A stretch of DNA of 49,001 bases from Candidatus Omnitrophota bacterium (lineage in GTDB: Bacteria > Omnitrophota > Gorgyraeia > Gygaellales > Profunditerraquicolaceae), in contig JAQTTQ010000003.1 of assembly GCA_028710685.1 (NCBI GenBank), forward strand, positions 1 to 49,001. Reading direction: 5' to 3'. A program made the position numbers and the translations under genes. This document shows positions 28,797 through 42,385 of this stretch, piece after piece. Each line of letters begins with the position of its first letter. Within the stretch, counting starts at the first letter, position 1. The notes under the pieces were generated by a model. That model saw only the letters and a list, made by a program, of their open reading frames with translations. It did no database searches and had not been told where the DNA came from.

Positions 28797-28822
<26 letters not shown>
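27536..28822 (-). CDS. pyrC: Dihydroorotase
   Basis: DMHVHLREPG, FSDDG, KMNPPLR, SDHAPH. Confidence 0.95.
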
Positions 28823-30319
<1,497 letters not shown>

Positions 30320-30358
30320 TTAGTATTATTTATCATTATAAGCTGCATTATAATCTCC

Positions 30359-30392
30359 ACCTTACCTGCCTCTCTGGGCGAGGTTTAAAGGT
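30359..30392 (-). promoter_or_regulatory. PyrR-binding RNA element (anti-antiterminator)
   Basis: ACCUU-UAA-ACCU-C-GCC-CAGAGA-GGC-AGGU-AAGGU folds with the CUUUAA and CCAGAGAGG consensus, between promoter and terminator. Confidence 0.85.
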
Positions 30393-30407
30393 TAATTTAT
30401 TGTTTTA

Positions 30408-30435
30408 ATTATAACATAAGAAAAGCTATTGTCAA
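30408..30435 (-). promoter_or_regulatory. pyr operon promoter
   Basis: TTGACA-16 nt-TATAAT with extended TG. Confidence 0.85.
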
Positions 30436-30444
30436 GGTAAAAAT

Positions 30445-31098
30445 CTAAATAATGATTACAAATTCACCGCGGGGTTTTTGTTTTTTCAGCTTCTCAATAA
30501 TACCCCTGGCGCTGCCGCGAATGGCCTCTTCAAATTTTTTCGTTAATTCCCTGGCAACAACAATGGCTTTTTCACCGTAGAGATCACCGATATCTTCCAG
30601 GGAGGCCAAAATTCTATGGCAAGACTCATAACAGACAACCGTACACTTAAATTTAGCTAAAGCCTTAAGCTTGTTCCTTCTGGATGTCTTCTTATTTGGC
30701 AGAAAACCGGCAAAATAAAATTCATGCGCAGGGCTGCCGGATAAAACCAGCGCATTGATAAGGGCAGTCGCCCCTGGTATAACCGTCAACTCAATGGAGT
30801 TTTTAACCACCAGATTTATTAAATTATACCCCGGGTCAAGTATCCCCGGCATCCCGGCATCGCAGACCAAGGCAATATCTTTCCCCTCCTTTAGCAAATT
30901 CAAGATATGCTCTCCCTTGGTGAATCTATTGTGCTGGAAAAAACTGGTCATCGGCTTACGGATATCGTAAGCGTCTAATAGGATTTTGGTGTGACGGGTA
31001 TCCTCGCAAGCAATCAGATCCACTGCCCTTAAAACCTCTATTGCACGCAAGGTGATATCTTTTAAATGACCTATGGGAGTGGCGACAATGTAAAGCAT
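30445..31098 (-). CDS. rsmI: 16S rRNA (cytidine1402-2'-O)-methyltransferase
   Basis: MLYIVATPIGHLKDIT, CEDTRHT, DAGMPGILDPG, RELTKKFEE; start reassigned to ATG 31098. Confidence 0.92.
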   Translation of the reverse strand: MLYIVATPIGHLKDITLRAIEVLRAVDLIACEDTRHTKILLDAYDIRKPMTSFFQHNRFTKGEHILNLLKEGKDIALVCDAGMPGILDPGYNLINLVVKNSIELTVIPGATALINALVLSGSPAHEFYFAGFLPNKKTSRRNKLKALAKFKCTVVCYESCHRILASLEDIGDLYGEKAIVVARELTKKFEEAIRGSARGIIEKLKKQKPRGEFVIII

Positions 31099-31111
31099 AT
31101 GATGCCTCTTT

Positions 31112-32950
31112 CTATTCGACGGTAACAGATTTGGCAAGGTTACGCGGCTGGTCGACATCGCATCCCCTCTTCACAGCCACATGGTAAGCTAACAATTGTA
31201 ATGGCAGGGCGACCAAAAGCGGCGAGAAAATCTCGTCGGACTTAGGGATGTAAACAACCTCGCGGGTTAAGGCTGCAATTTCGTCATTACCTTCAGTAGC
31301 TATAACGATAATCTTGCCCTTACGGGAACGGATCTCTTGTATATTAGAGATCATTTTTTCATATACCTTAGACTGCGGGGCAATACAGACTACTGCCCGG
31401 TATTCGTCAATTAAAGCAATAGGCCCATGCTTCATTTCCCCGGCGGCGTAGCCTTCAGCAGGTATATAAGAAATCTCTTTTAACTTGAGCGCGCCCTCCA
31501 GGGCAGAAGGATAATTTATATTTCGGCCCAAATACAAGAAACAACCGAAATGCGAATGCCGGCGGGCCAGCCGGGCGATATCTTTCTGCCTACGTAAAAT
31601 CTCTTCCACCTTTGCAGGAATTTTACGTAACTCATACAAATATTTATTTATCTTTGTCTGCGGCAGCACCCCACGTATCCCGGAAAGATATAATGCAAAA
31701 AGGTAGAGGGCGGCCAATTGCCCAGTATAGGCCTTTGTTGAAGCTACCCCTATTTCCGGCCCGGCATGGGTATAAATCACCCCCTCTGCCTCGCGGGTTA
31801 AAGTAGAGCCTAAAACATTGCATATAGAAATAACCTTTGCACCGTGTTTTCTGGCCTCCCGGACTCCGGCTAAGGTATCCGCAGTCTCACCGGACTGGCT
31901 TATCGCAATAATCAGTGTTTCCGGGCCGATCAAAAGGTCACGGTAGCGAAATTCGCTGGATACATCGATACGCACTGGTACCGAACATATAGACTCAAAG
32001 ATATATTTTCCTACCAGTCCGGCATGATAAGCGGTACCGCAGGCGACAATAAAAATATCCTTTATCCCTTTTAAAACCTCCTCGCTGATATGTTGCTCCT
32101 GGAAAACAATCTGCCCGGATTCTTTCTTAATCCTGGAATTCAATAAATTATCCAGAATTTTAGGCTGCTCATTGATCTCTTTAAGCATAAAGTGATCAAA
32201 GCCGCACTTTTCTGCCTGGTCCACATTCCAGTTGATACGCGAGGCTTTCTTAAAAACCGTCTTACCGTTAAAATCAGTAACCTTTAGGCTGTCTTTGGAC
32301 AAAATTACCAACTCGTTTTCATCCAGAAAAATAACATCCTTAGTGTAAGCCAATACCGCAGAGACATCCGAGGCTAAGAAATTTTCATTAGCCCCTACCC
32401 CCACGATTAACGGGCTTCCGGACCTAGCCCCCACTAACTTATTGGGTTCACGGCTAGAGATTACCCCTAAGGCAAAAGAGCCGGTTAATAATCTCAATGC
32501 CTTCTGCAGCGCCTCTTCCAAGGGGACTTGTTTGTAGAATTTTTCTATCAGATGCACAACCACCTCTGTGTCGGTTGAACTGCGGAAAGAATGGCCCTCA
32601 TTAATTAACTGGTTTTTAAGGGCTTCGTAATTTTCTATAATTCCGTTGTGTACAATGGCAATCTCTCCTGCGCAATCTTGGTGCGGATGGGCATTTACCT
32701 GGTTAGGCACGCCATGAGTTGCCCAACGGGTATGGGCAATGCCGGTATTGCCAGAAAGGGGAGTAACCTTTAAAATTTTTTCTAACGCCTTGATTTTGCC
32801 TGGGGATTTTTTAATGGAGATTATTTGCTTCTTGAGAGAGATGATGGCCATGCCGCTTGAGTCATAGCCACGGTATTCAAGCCTTTTCAGGCCGGATAAA
32901 AGAATTGACTGTGCCGGCTTTACCCCTATATATCCGATTATTCCACACAT
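31112..32950 (-). CDS. glmS: Glutamine--fructose-6-phosphate aminotransferase
   Basis: MCGIIG (Cys1), HTRWATHG, HNGIIEN, SQSGETAD, DQPRNLAKSVTVE. Confidence 0.97.
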   Translation of the reverse strand: MCGIIGYIGVKPAQSILLSGLKRLEYRGYDSSGMAIISLKKQIISIKKSPGKIKALEKILKVTPLSGNTGIAHTRWATHGVPNQVNAHPHQDCAGEIAIVHNGIIENYEALKNQLINEGHSFRSSTDTEVVVHLIEKFYKQVPLEEALQKALRLLTGSFALGVISSREPNKLVGARSGSPLIVGVGANENFLASDVSAVLAYTKDVIFLDENELVILSKDSLKVTDFNGKTVFKKASRINWNVDQAEKCGFDHFMLKEINEQPKILDNLLNSRIKKESGQIVFQEQHISEEVLKGIKDIFIVACGTAYHAGLVGKYIFESICSVPVRIDVSSEFRYRDLLIGPETLIIAISQSGETADTLAGVREARKHGAKVISICNVLGSTLTREAEGVIYTHAGPEIGVASTKAYTGQLAALYLFALYLSGIRGVLPQTKINKYLYELRKIPAKVEEILRRQKDIARLARRHSHFGCFLYLGRNINYPSALEGALKLKEISYIPAEGYAAGEMKHGPIALIDEYRAVVCIAPQSKVYEKMISNIQEIRSRKGKIIVIATEGNDEIAALTREVVYIPKSDEIFSPLLVALPLQLLAYHVAVKRGCDVDQPRNLAKSVTVE

Positions 32951-32960
32951 AAATTAAAAT

Positions 32961-33035
32961 TGACCCTGACGGGATTTGAACCCGTGTCGAGAGCTTGAAA
33001 AGCTCTTGTCCTAGACCAGGCTAGACGACAGGGTC
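32961..33035 (-). tRNA. tRNA-Glu(TTC)
   Basis: GACCCTG...CAGGGTC-A, anticodon loop TT-TTC-AA, T-loop TTCAAAT; no CCA. Confidence 0.93.
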
Positions 33036-33040
33036 ATAGC

Positions 33041-35473
33041 CTATTCTTCCGCCTCAGCAATGACCGGGGCAACGCAGGAAATATGATCCTTACCCTGCAG
33101 CTTTATTAACCGGACCCCCTGAGAAGAACGTCCGGTCTCGCGAATATCCTTTACCGCACAACGTAAAAATATACCATTTTGGGTAATAACCATTAGCTCA
33201 TCATCATCGCTTACGGTTTTAAGGTTTACGGCTTCGCCGTTTTTATCGGTAACCTTTATATTGATAACCCCCTTGCCTCCGCGCGAGGTGAGCCTGTATT
33301 CATCTACGGTGGTGCGCTTAGCAAAACCCAAGGAGGTAACCGTTAATATAGCTGCTCCTTTTTGAGGGATTACCAGATCTATCACTTCATCTTTTTTATC
33401 TAAAGATACTCCTCTTACCCCGCGCGCGCCCCTGCCCATATCCCTTACCTTGGACTCCAAGAATCTGATCGCCTTACCCCGGCGCGTGCCAATTAAAAGC
33501 TCCTGTTTTCCATCAGTCATCTCAACACCTATTAACGCATCGCCTTTATCAAGGGTAATACCGATAATTCCGCCCTTACGCGGGTTGCCATAAGCATCAA
33601 GCTTAGTCTTTTTGATCTGGCCAAGCCTTGTTGCCATCACCAAATACCTATCGCTTGCAAATTCCTTAACCGGCACAGTAGAGCTGATTTTAGAGCCCTG
33701 TTCCATCTGCAATAAATTGATTATCGCCTTACCCTTAGAGACGCGGCTTGCCTGGGGGATTTCATAAACCTTAAGCCAATGCACCTGACCCTTATCCGTA
33801 AAAATCAGCAGATAATCTTTTGTAGAGGCCACAAAGAGATGCTCAATAAAATCCTCCTCCTTAACCTCGGCGCCGGTAACCCCTTTGCCTCCGCGCTTCT
33901 GCTTGCGATAAGAACTAACCGGAAGGCGCTTAATATAACCTCCGTGGCTAATAGTTACCACCACATCTTCCTCGGCAATCAAATCTTCAACCTCAAGTTC
34001 CTCTACCTCTCCCACGATATCAGTTCTGCGTTCATCGCCATATTTCTTCTTTAACTCTTCCAGCTCATATTTGATAATGCCTTCGATCTTCTTCTCGGAA
34101 GCTAAAATCGAACGGCATAATTCTATTTTCTTAAGAAGCTCGGCATATTCTGCGTCTATTTTATCGCGCTCCAGGGCAGTTAAACGCTGTAGCTGCATCT
34201 CCAAAATTGCCTGAGCCTGTATTTCGGATAAGCCAAACTCCTTCATCAAATTCACCCTGGCTACATCTACGCTCTTGGATGTTTTAATCACCTTAATAAT
34301 CCGGTCTATAAACTTAAGCGCTATCTTTAAGCCCTCTAAGATATGCGCCCTCCTCAGGGCTTTATCCAGTTCAAATTGAGTCCGGCGGCGGATGATAATT
34401 TTCCGGTGCTCGATATAGCAATCGAGAACCTGCTTTAAATTCAAAACCTTAGGCCTATTCTCAACCAAGGCCAGCATGATAATGCCAAAGGTGGTCTCTA
34501 GTTGCGTATGTTTAAAGAGCTGATTTAAGATAATCTGGGCTTCAACGTCGCGCTTCAACTCAACCGCAATACGCATTCCATCTTTGTCCGACTCATCGCG
34601 TATATCTGAGATGCCTTCAATTTTCTTATCGTCAACTAGGCCGGCGATAGCCTCTATGAGGGAAGATTTCTGTACCTGGTAAGGAATCTCGGTTATAATA
34701 ATCAGGTCCTTACCGTTCTTCTGGTGCTCAACGGTTGCCCGGGCGCGCACGGTAAGCTTGCCTCGTCCGGTTGTATAGGCATCCTTAATCCCCCCTTTAC
34801 CGCAGATTACCCCGCCCGTAGGAAAATCCGGGCCCTTGATATAACGCATCAGGTCTTTTATCTCAGCCGAAGGATTATCCAAAAGATACATTATCGCATC
34901 AGCCACCTCATGCAAATTATGCGGAGGAATATTAGTAGCCATGCCTACGGCAATGCCGCTGGACCCGTTTACTAAGAGATTAGGGAGGGCTGCCGGCAAT
35001 AAAAGCGGCTCCTTAAGAGAAGCGTCAAAATTCGGCCCGAAATTTACAGTCTCCTTATCGATATCGCCTAACATCACCTCAGCAATAGCGGCAAGGCGCG
35101 CCTCAGTATACCTCATCGCAGCAGCAGCATCCCCGTCAACTGAACCGAAGTTTCCCTGCCCATCCACTAAGGGATAACGCAGGGAAAAATCCTGTGCCAT
35201 TCTCACCAAGGTATCATAAACCGCCACATCGCCATGGGGATGATATTTACCTAAAACCTCTCCGACAATACGCGCGCATTTTTTATAAGACTTGGAGTGG
35301 TCCAAATTAAGTTCTTGCATAGCATAGAGTATCCTCCTATGCACAGGCTTTAGGCCGTCGCGCACATCAGGCAGGGCGCGCCCTACAATTACGCTCATCG
35401 CGTAATTTAAATACGCATCCTTTACCTCTTCCTCAATATAGATAGGAACTACTTTTTCATTGCGTGTATACAT
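33041..35473 (-). CDS. gyrA: DNA gyrase subunit A
   Basis: [22 protein letters not shown] (catalytic Tyr), GyrA-box QKRGGKG. Confidence 0.97.
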   Translation of the reverse strand: MYTRNEKVVPIYIEEEVKDAYLNYAMSVIVGRALPDVRDGLKPVHRRILYAMQELNLDHSKSYKKCARIVGEVLGKYHPHGDVAVYDTLVRMAQDFSLRYPLVDGQGNFGSVDGDAAAAMRYTEARLAAIAEVMLGDIDKETVNFGPNFDASLKEPLLLPAALPNLLVNGSSGIAVGMATNIPPHNLHEVADAIMYLLDNPSAEIKDLMRYIKGPDFPTGGVICGKGGIKDAYTTGRGKLTVRARATVEHQKNGKDLIIITEIPYQVQKSSLIEAIAGLVDDKKIEGISDIRDESDKDGMRIAVELKRDVEAQIILNQLFKHTQLETTFGIIMLALVENRPKVLNLKQVLDCYIEHRKIIIRRRTQFELDKALRRAHILEGLKIALKFIDRIIKVIKTSKSVDVARVNLMKEFGLSEIQAQAILEMQLQRLTALERDKIDAEYAELLKKIELCRSILASEKKIEGIIKYELEELKKKYGDERRTDIVGEVEELEVEDLIAEEDVVVTISHGGYIKRLPVSSYRKQKRGGKGVTGAEVKEEDFIEHLFVASTKDYLLIFTDKGQVHWLKVYEIPQASRVSKGKAIINLLQMEQGSKISSTVPVKEFASDRYLVMATRLGQIKKTKLDAYGNPRKGGIIGITLDKGDALIGVEMTDGKQELLIGTRRGKAIRFLESKVRDMGRGARGVRGVSLDKKDEVIDLVIPQKGAAILTVTSLGFAKRTTVDEYRLTSRGGKGVINIKVTDKNGEAVNLKTVSDDDELMVITQNGIFLRCAVKDIRETGRSSQGVRLIKLQGKDHISCVAPVIAEAEE

Positions 35474-35474
35474 T

Positions 35475-36260
35475 TTATGAGCCTGCGGCCTCTTTTAAAT
35501 TTTTATATAATACAACCATAATGCTTACCCAAATACACTGCATAACGATATTGGCACAAAAGAGATAAATATCTGCGGCCACACCCGATGCCGCACCGCT
35601 GCGTACATATTCCGCTACCCATAGCGGAATAAAAAATAAAATAACCATTAAAAGCGCTAAACAATATTCACCTACAACCGCATTGACATAAGGTTTCACT
35701 AGCTGATAGCTGCGCTTTAACGCGGCGAAGGCAAAACTATCTTCCATTATACAAACCACTGCGCATAACGACAGCCGAATAATCCAATAAACCGCGGCTG
35801 CTAAGAATACCGCTACAAAAGGCAAAATAGCCAAGAGGCTTAACAAAATACCTAAGGGCTTAATGAGAAAATAATATAGCCAGACTGAGGAGGTGACACC
35901 TGCAAAAAGTATCCCTGCCACAATAATGCTATAGAGCGCACTGGTCAAAAGGTACGACCAAAAATATTTTTTAGTGGCACATATAGCACCCTTGATAGAC
36001 ACCGCCCCACCTAAAAGCCTCTCTTTTATTGCAATGAGCAAGAAGGTCATTAATAAAGCGCCGGCTAACCAGTTAATGAAGGTATAGAAAAACCATGGGA
36101 GCAGGCTTTGGGAGCTTGGCCCTTTCAGAAAAAAATTAATAATTAAAAGAGGTAAGGCAACTATTAAATAAAGCTTAGCCAGAGACTGCCAATTAGACTT
36201 CCATATACCCAACGCTTCCTTAAAAATTGATACCGGGTGCATCGCTTTTTTATTATCCAT
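35475..36260 (-). CDS. Uncharacterised polytopic membrane protein (about 6 TM)
   Basis: Start moved to ATG 36260, 1 nt after the gyrB stop; about six hydrophobic segments; [13 protein letters not shown] and VVLYKNL amphipathic motifs. Confidence 0.65.
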   Translation of the reverse strand: MDNKKAMHPVSIFKEALGIWKSNWQSLAKLYLIVALPLLIINFFLKGPSSQSLLPWFFYTFINWLAGALLMTFLLIAIKERLLGGAVSIKGAICATKKYFWSYLLTSALYSIIVAGILFAGVTSSVWLYYFLIKPLGILLSLLAILPFVAVFLAAAVYWIIRLSLCAVVCIMEDSFAFAALKRSYQLVKPYVNAVVGEYCLALLMVILFFIPLWVAEYVRSGAASGVAADIYLFCANIVMQCIWVSIMVVLYKNLKEAAGS

Positions 36261-36261
36261 A

Positions 36262-38999
<2,738 letters not shown>

Positions 39000-39004
39000 G
39001 CCGC

Positions 39005-40096
39005 CTAGCTTAACCGCATAGGTAAAACGATATACGTATAACCATTGATCCGAATAACCCCGGGTTTTTCACTATCGGTCAATTCTAAATCCAGAGATTC
39101 TTCGTTCAGGTTTTTTAAAACATCCGCCAGATAAGCCGGATTAAACCCGATAGCCAACTCTTTACCCTGATAACTAATCTGTATCTCTTCGCGCGATTCC
39201 CCTATATCCGGGGTAGACTTAGAAACAACCAGTTTATTTTTAAAAACCTCCAGCTTAACCGCCTGATAATCCGGGGTAGATAATAACGCCGCCCGTTTAA
39301 CTGATAACAAAAACGCTTCCCGGCTAACCCGCATTTTATTATCTGTGGGCGGAGGAATAACCTGTTTATAGTCGGGGAATTCCCCTTCAATTAAACGAGA
39401 AATTACCGTAACGCTGCCCAATTCAAACAACGCCTGATTTCCGCCCAAAACCAACGACAACTCCCCCTCCTCTTGCAGGTTCCGGTTAAGTTCATGAACC
39501 GTTTTAATAGGAACGATTATATTAATATCCTTATTAGAGCCGGTGGTAAGTTTTTTTTCTGCTACCGCCAGCCGCTTACCGTCGGTTGCCACCAAGGTAA
39601 TGGTATTTTTGCCGATCTTAAAAAGAATACCGTTTAATATATACCTGCTTTCATCCATAGACACGGAGAAAGACGTAAGCCGCAACATCTCCTTAAGCTC
39701 GCCCTGGTCTAATTTTACAACCTCTTTATCTTTAAATTCTGGCAGCCGCGGGAACTCTTCTTTAGCCAATCCCATCACCCTAAATTGGCATAGATCAGCT
39801 TCAATACTAACCTGATTATTTTTTTTGGTAGAGATCTGGACTGACTCGCCGGGTAATTCCTTAATGATATCGCTAAATCTTTTAGCCGGTATAGTAACCG
39901 CACCTGCCTCCTGAATATCAACAGGTATTACACAGGTTATACCTATATCTAAATCCGTGGCCGTCAGCCTTAGATTTTCCTGCAGTGTTTCTATTAATAC
40001 GTTGGAAAGTATGGGTAAACTAGCCTTAGAGATAATAACGTTTTGCACTGTTTGTATACCGCTCAAAAGCACACTCTTACTAATTTTAACCTTCAT
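39005..40096 (-). CDS. dnaN: DNA polymerase III beta clamp
   Basis: LPILSN, ATDL, VATDGKRLA, SRLIEGEFPDY, IVLPMR. Confidence 0.96.
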   Translation of the reverse strand: MKVKISKSVLLSGIQTVQNVIISKASLPILSNVLIETLQENLRLTATDLDIGITCVIPVDIQEAGAVTIPAKRFSDIIKELPGESVQISTKKNNQVSIEADLCQFRVMGLAKEEFPRLPEFKDKEVVKLDQGELKEMLRLTSFSVSMDESRYILNGILFKIGKNTITLVATDGKRLAVAEKKLTTGSNKDINIIVPIKTVHELNRNLQEEGELSLVLGGNQALFELGSVTVISRLIEGEFPDYKQVIPPPTDNKMRVSREAFLLSVKRAALLSTPDYQAVKLEVFKNKLVVSKSTPDIGESREEIQISYQGKELAIGFNPAYLADVLKNLNEESLDLELTDSEKPGVIRINGYTYIVLPMRLS

Positions 40097-40110
40097 TTCG
40101 ATCTCCTTAC

Positions 40111-40207
40111 TATTTATTATTTAATATATTAAAATAGCAATAGTAGTAATACGGCGCTAATCTGTGTATAAGGTTACAACCCCCCTGTCGTTATATAGTT
40201 ATACCCA
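40111..40207. other. oriC: oriC unwinding region (DnaA box, GC motif, DnaA-trios, AT cluster)
   Basis: Minus strand TTATACACA (40163-40171)-gatta-GCGCCG-TATTACTACTATTGCTA-AT cluster; second box TTATACCCA at 40199-40207. Confidence 0.75.
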
Positions 40208-40233
40208 AAAAAGGCCTTGGATATTCCTGGGAT

Positions 40234-41595
40234 TTACTGTTTGATTATATGTATAATTCTTTCCACCTTTTCGTGCAGTGAGGGGTTTTTGTTGATCTCC
40301 TCTTTAATTTTATTATAAGAATGCAAGACTGTGGTATGGTCTTTGCCGCCGAAAAATTGCCCTACCTCTGGTAGGGATAAATCAGTTAACTCTCGGCTTA
40401 GGTACATAGCGACTTGCCTGGGCAGAACTATAGTTTTATTTCTGCGGCGCGTTTTTAAATCTCCTAAAGAGACCCCAAATTCTTCCGCGGTGCAGCGTTG
40501 GATAAAATCTATAGTAATAAGCTTCTTGGGTTCTTTTAATAAGTCCCTTAAAACGTCTTTGGCAAGTTCTATGGTAATGGGCTTTTCTTCCATTAAAGAA
40601 TAGGCCATTGTCCGAACCAGCGCTCCCTCTAACTCCCGGATGTTGGTTTTAATAAGTTGGGCAATAAAAAATATAACGTCATCCGGCACTACCACCGGCT
40701 CTCTTTCGATCTTTTTCTTTAATATAGCTACGCGAGTCTCCAAATCAGGCGGCTGGACATCGGTGGTTAACCCCCATCCAAAGCGAGAGACGAGCCTTTC
40801 CTGGAGGTCTGCTATTTCCTTGGGAGGCCTGTCCGAGGAGAGTATAATTTGCTTGTGGGCATCGTAAAGCGCGTTAAAAGTATGGAAAAACTCCTCTTGG
40901 GTAGAGTCCTTCCCCCCGAAGAAATGAACATCATCGATAACTAAAATGTCAGAATTCCTGTATTTTTGCCTAAAGGCCATTGTAGAGTGGCGCTGTATAG
41001 CGTTAATTAATTCATTCGTAAACTGCTCAGAAGGTAAATAGGTAATTTTTAGCTTGGCAGAGGCATTCGCCTTTATTTTATGGCAGATGGCTTGAATTAA
41101 ATGGGTTTTGCCCAGCCCTACCCCTCCGTATATAAATAAAGGATTATAAGCTTTAGCCGGCGCTTCTGACACAGCCATAGAATAGGCGTGTGCATGGCGG
41201 TTGGACGTACCGATAACAAAATTCTCAAAAGTATAACGGCTGTTCAAGCGTACGCCGTATTGATTATCTACTTCTTGCGTAAAAACATGCGGCTGTCTTA
41301 TTTCAATGGCAGCGGCCTGTTGTTGTGCTGCTTCCACGGTAACAGTTGTTGCCGGTGAGCTATGGGATTTAATTGCTTCCTCTAGAACGGAGCCGTAGTT
41401 TTTTTGTACCCAATCCCTAAAAAAGGTATCCGGGGCTTCAAGCACAATGGAGCCTGGGCTTGTTACTTTGGCCTTGAGAGGTAAAATCCAGGTTTCATAG
41501 ACTATTGCCTCGAGGCGCTCTTTCAGTGTGTTACGTGCCTGTTCCCAGGCTATTATCAGGTCATGCATTTTGGGTGTTATCAACAGTTTATTCAC
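40234..41595 (-). CDS. dnaA: Chromosomal replication initiator DnaA (start may be ATG 41568)
   Basis: YNPLFIYGGVGLGKTHL, IDDV, LVSRFGWG, PRQVAMYL, GGKDHTTV. Confidence 0.97.
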   Translation of the reverse strand: MNKLLITPKMHDLIIAWEQARNTLKERLEAIVYETWILPLKAKVTSPGSIVLEAPDTFFRDWVQKNYGSVLEEAIKSHSSPATTVTVEAAQQQAAAIEIRQPHVFTQEVDNQYGVRLNSRYTFENFVIGTSNRHAHAYSMAVSEAPAKAYNPLFIYGGVGLGKTHLIQAICHKIKANASAKLKITYLPSEQFTNELINAIQRHSTMAFRQKYRNSDILVIDDVHFFGGKDSTQEEFFHTFNALYDAHKQIILSSDRPPKEIADLQERLVSRFGWGLTTDVQPPDLETRVAILKKKIEREPVVVPDDVIFFIAQLIKTNIRELEGALVRTMAYSLMEEKPITIELAKDVLRDLLKEPKKLITIDFIQRCTAEEFGVSLGDLKTRRRNKTIVLPRQVAMYLSRELTDLSLPEVGQFFGGKDHTTVLHSYNKIKEEINKNPSLHEKVERIIHIIKQ

Positions 41596-41618
41596 ACCTT
41601 GAATAAATCTGTGGAAAA
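41577..41618. promoter_or_regulatory. Three DnaA boxes at the dnaA 5' end
   Basis: TTATCAACA (41577-85, 1 mismatch), TTATTCACA (41588-96), TGTGGAAAA (41610-18). Confidence 0.75.
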
Positions 41619-41715
41619 TTTTTTTGTTTTAAATATTCAACCAGGCTTATCTGGGACGGAAAAAACACGCTCTTCAATTTACTAAATTGCTTAATTTCAT
41701 TTAAAAGCGTAAAAG

Positions 41716-41793
41716 ATTATAACAGAAACCAAAGCAGTTGCAAGTAAAAAAGATAAGCGTTAGTTATTATACAATGCTTTTGGCAGACGTCAA
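41716..41793 (-). promoter_or_regulatory. Two tandem dnaA promoters
   Basis: TTGCAA-16-TATAAT (41743 to 41716, extended TG) and TTGACG-16-TATAAT (41793 to 41766). Confidence 0.7.
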
Positions 41794-41906
41794 TCAAAAA
41801 TAACTCATCCTTAATTCAGGGGGCTTCTTTTACCAAGGAAGGCCTGCAGTTTTTAGGCTGACCAGGTCCCCGGTTATTCGCCGCCGCCTGAATTTATCGA
41901 CGAGTC

Positions 41907-41936
41907 TGTGGATACCGATGAGGTGCTTGTGTATAA
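41907..41936. promoter_or_regulatory. Two DnaA boxes between dnaA and rpmH
   Basis: TGTGGATAC (41907-15, 1 mismatch) and TGTGTATAA (41928-36, consensus). Confidence 0.7.
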
Positions 41937-41961
41937 CTTGTAGCTTAAGTAAAATTACCCA

Positions 41962-41989
41962 TTGACGAGCTAAGCTTTTGTGTTATAAT
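41962..41989 (+). promoter_or_regulatory. rpmH operon promoter
   Basis: TTGACG-16 nt-TATAAT with extended TG. Confidence 0.75.
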
Positions 41990-42031
41990 TATCAACCATT
42001 ATACGTAAAGGTGCTTTGGGGGGGTTAAAAA

Positions 42032-42169
42032 ATGAAAAAAAATCTTAAGACGCCGACAAATATTGTTGGTAAAAGAAAGTTAGGGTTCCGCAGCAAGATG
42101 GCTACCCGCAGAGGCCGTAAGCTCCTGGCCCGGCGCAGGCGCAAGGGTAGAAAAAAGCTCTGCTTTTAA
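42032..42169 (+). CDS. rpmH: 50S ribosomal protein L34
   Basis: Not in the ORF track. [45 protein letters not shown] (45 aa); GFR..M, RRRxKGR motifs; divergent from dnaA. Confidence 0.9.
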   Translation: MKKNLKTPTNIVGKRKLGFRSKMATRRGRKLLARRRRKGRKKLCF

Positions 42170-42384
42170 TGCTTAAAAGGACAGCCTTATTTTTAGTAAA
42201 AGGGTATCAAGCCCTTTCACGGTGGGCGTTGCCTCCATCCTGTCGCTTTGTACCGAGCTGCTCAGAGTATACAAAGCAGGCAATTGTAAAATACGGATTA
42301 TTAAAAGGTATATTAAAAGGAGTCAGGAGAATATCCTCGTGCCACCCGTTTTCCGGCAGGTTTGGATATGATCCCCTGGATTAA
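42169..42384 (+). CDS. yidD: Membrane protein insertion efficiency factor YidD
   Basis: [21 protein letters not shown]...GYDP. Confidence 0.9.
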   Translation: MLKRTALFLVKGYQALSRWALPPSCRFVPSCSEYTKQAIVKYGLLKGILKGVRRISSCHPFSGRFGYDPLD

Positions 42385-42385
42385 T

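Noticed and set aside
32951-32960. glmS ribozyme upstream of glmS
   Set aside because: Only 10 nt separate tRNA-Glu from the start codon.
41825-41875. SRP (4.5S) RNA resemblance (UUUACCA, GGAAG and CAGGUCC words)
   Set aside because: The words are not in the SRP domain IV order and there is no GNRA-capped UCC-GGAA-GGA stem; the element is kept only as an unknown hairpin.
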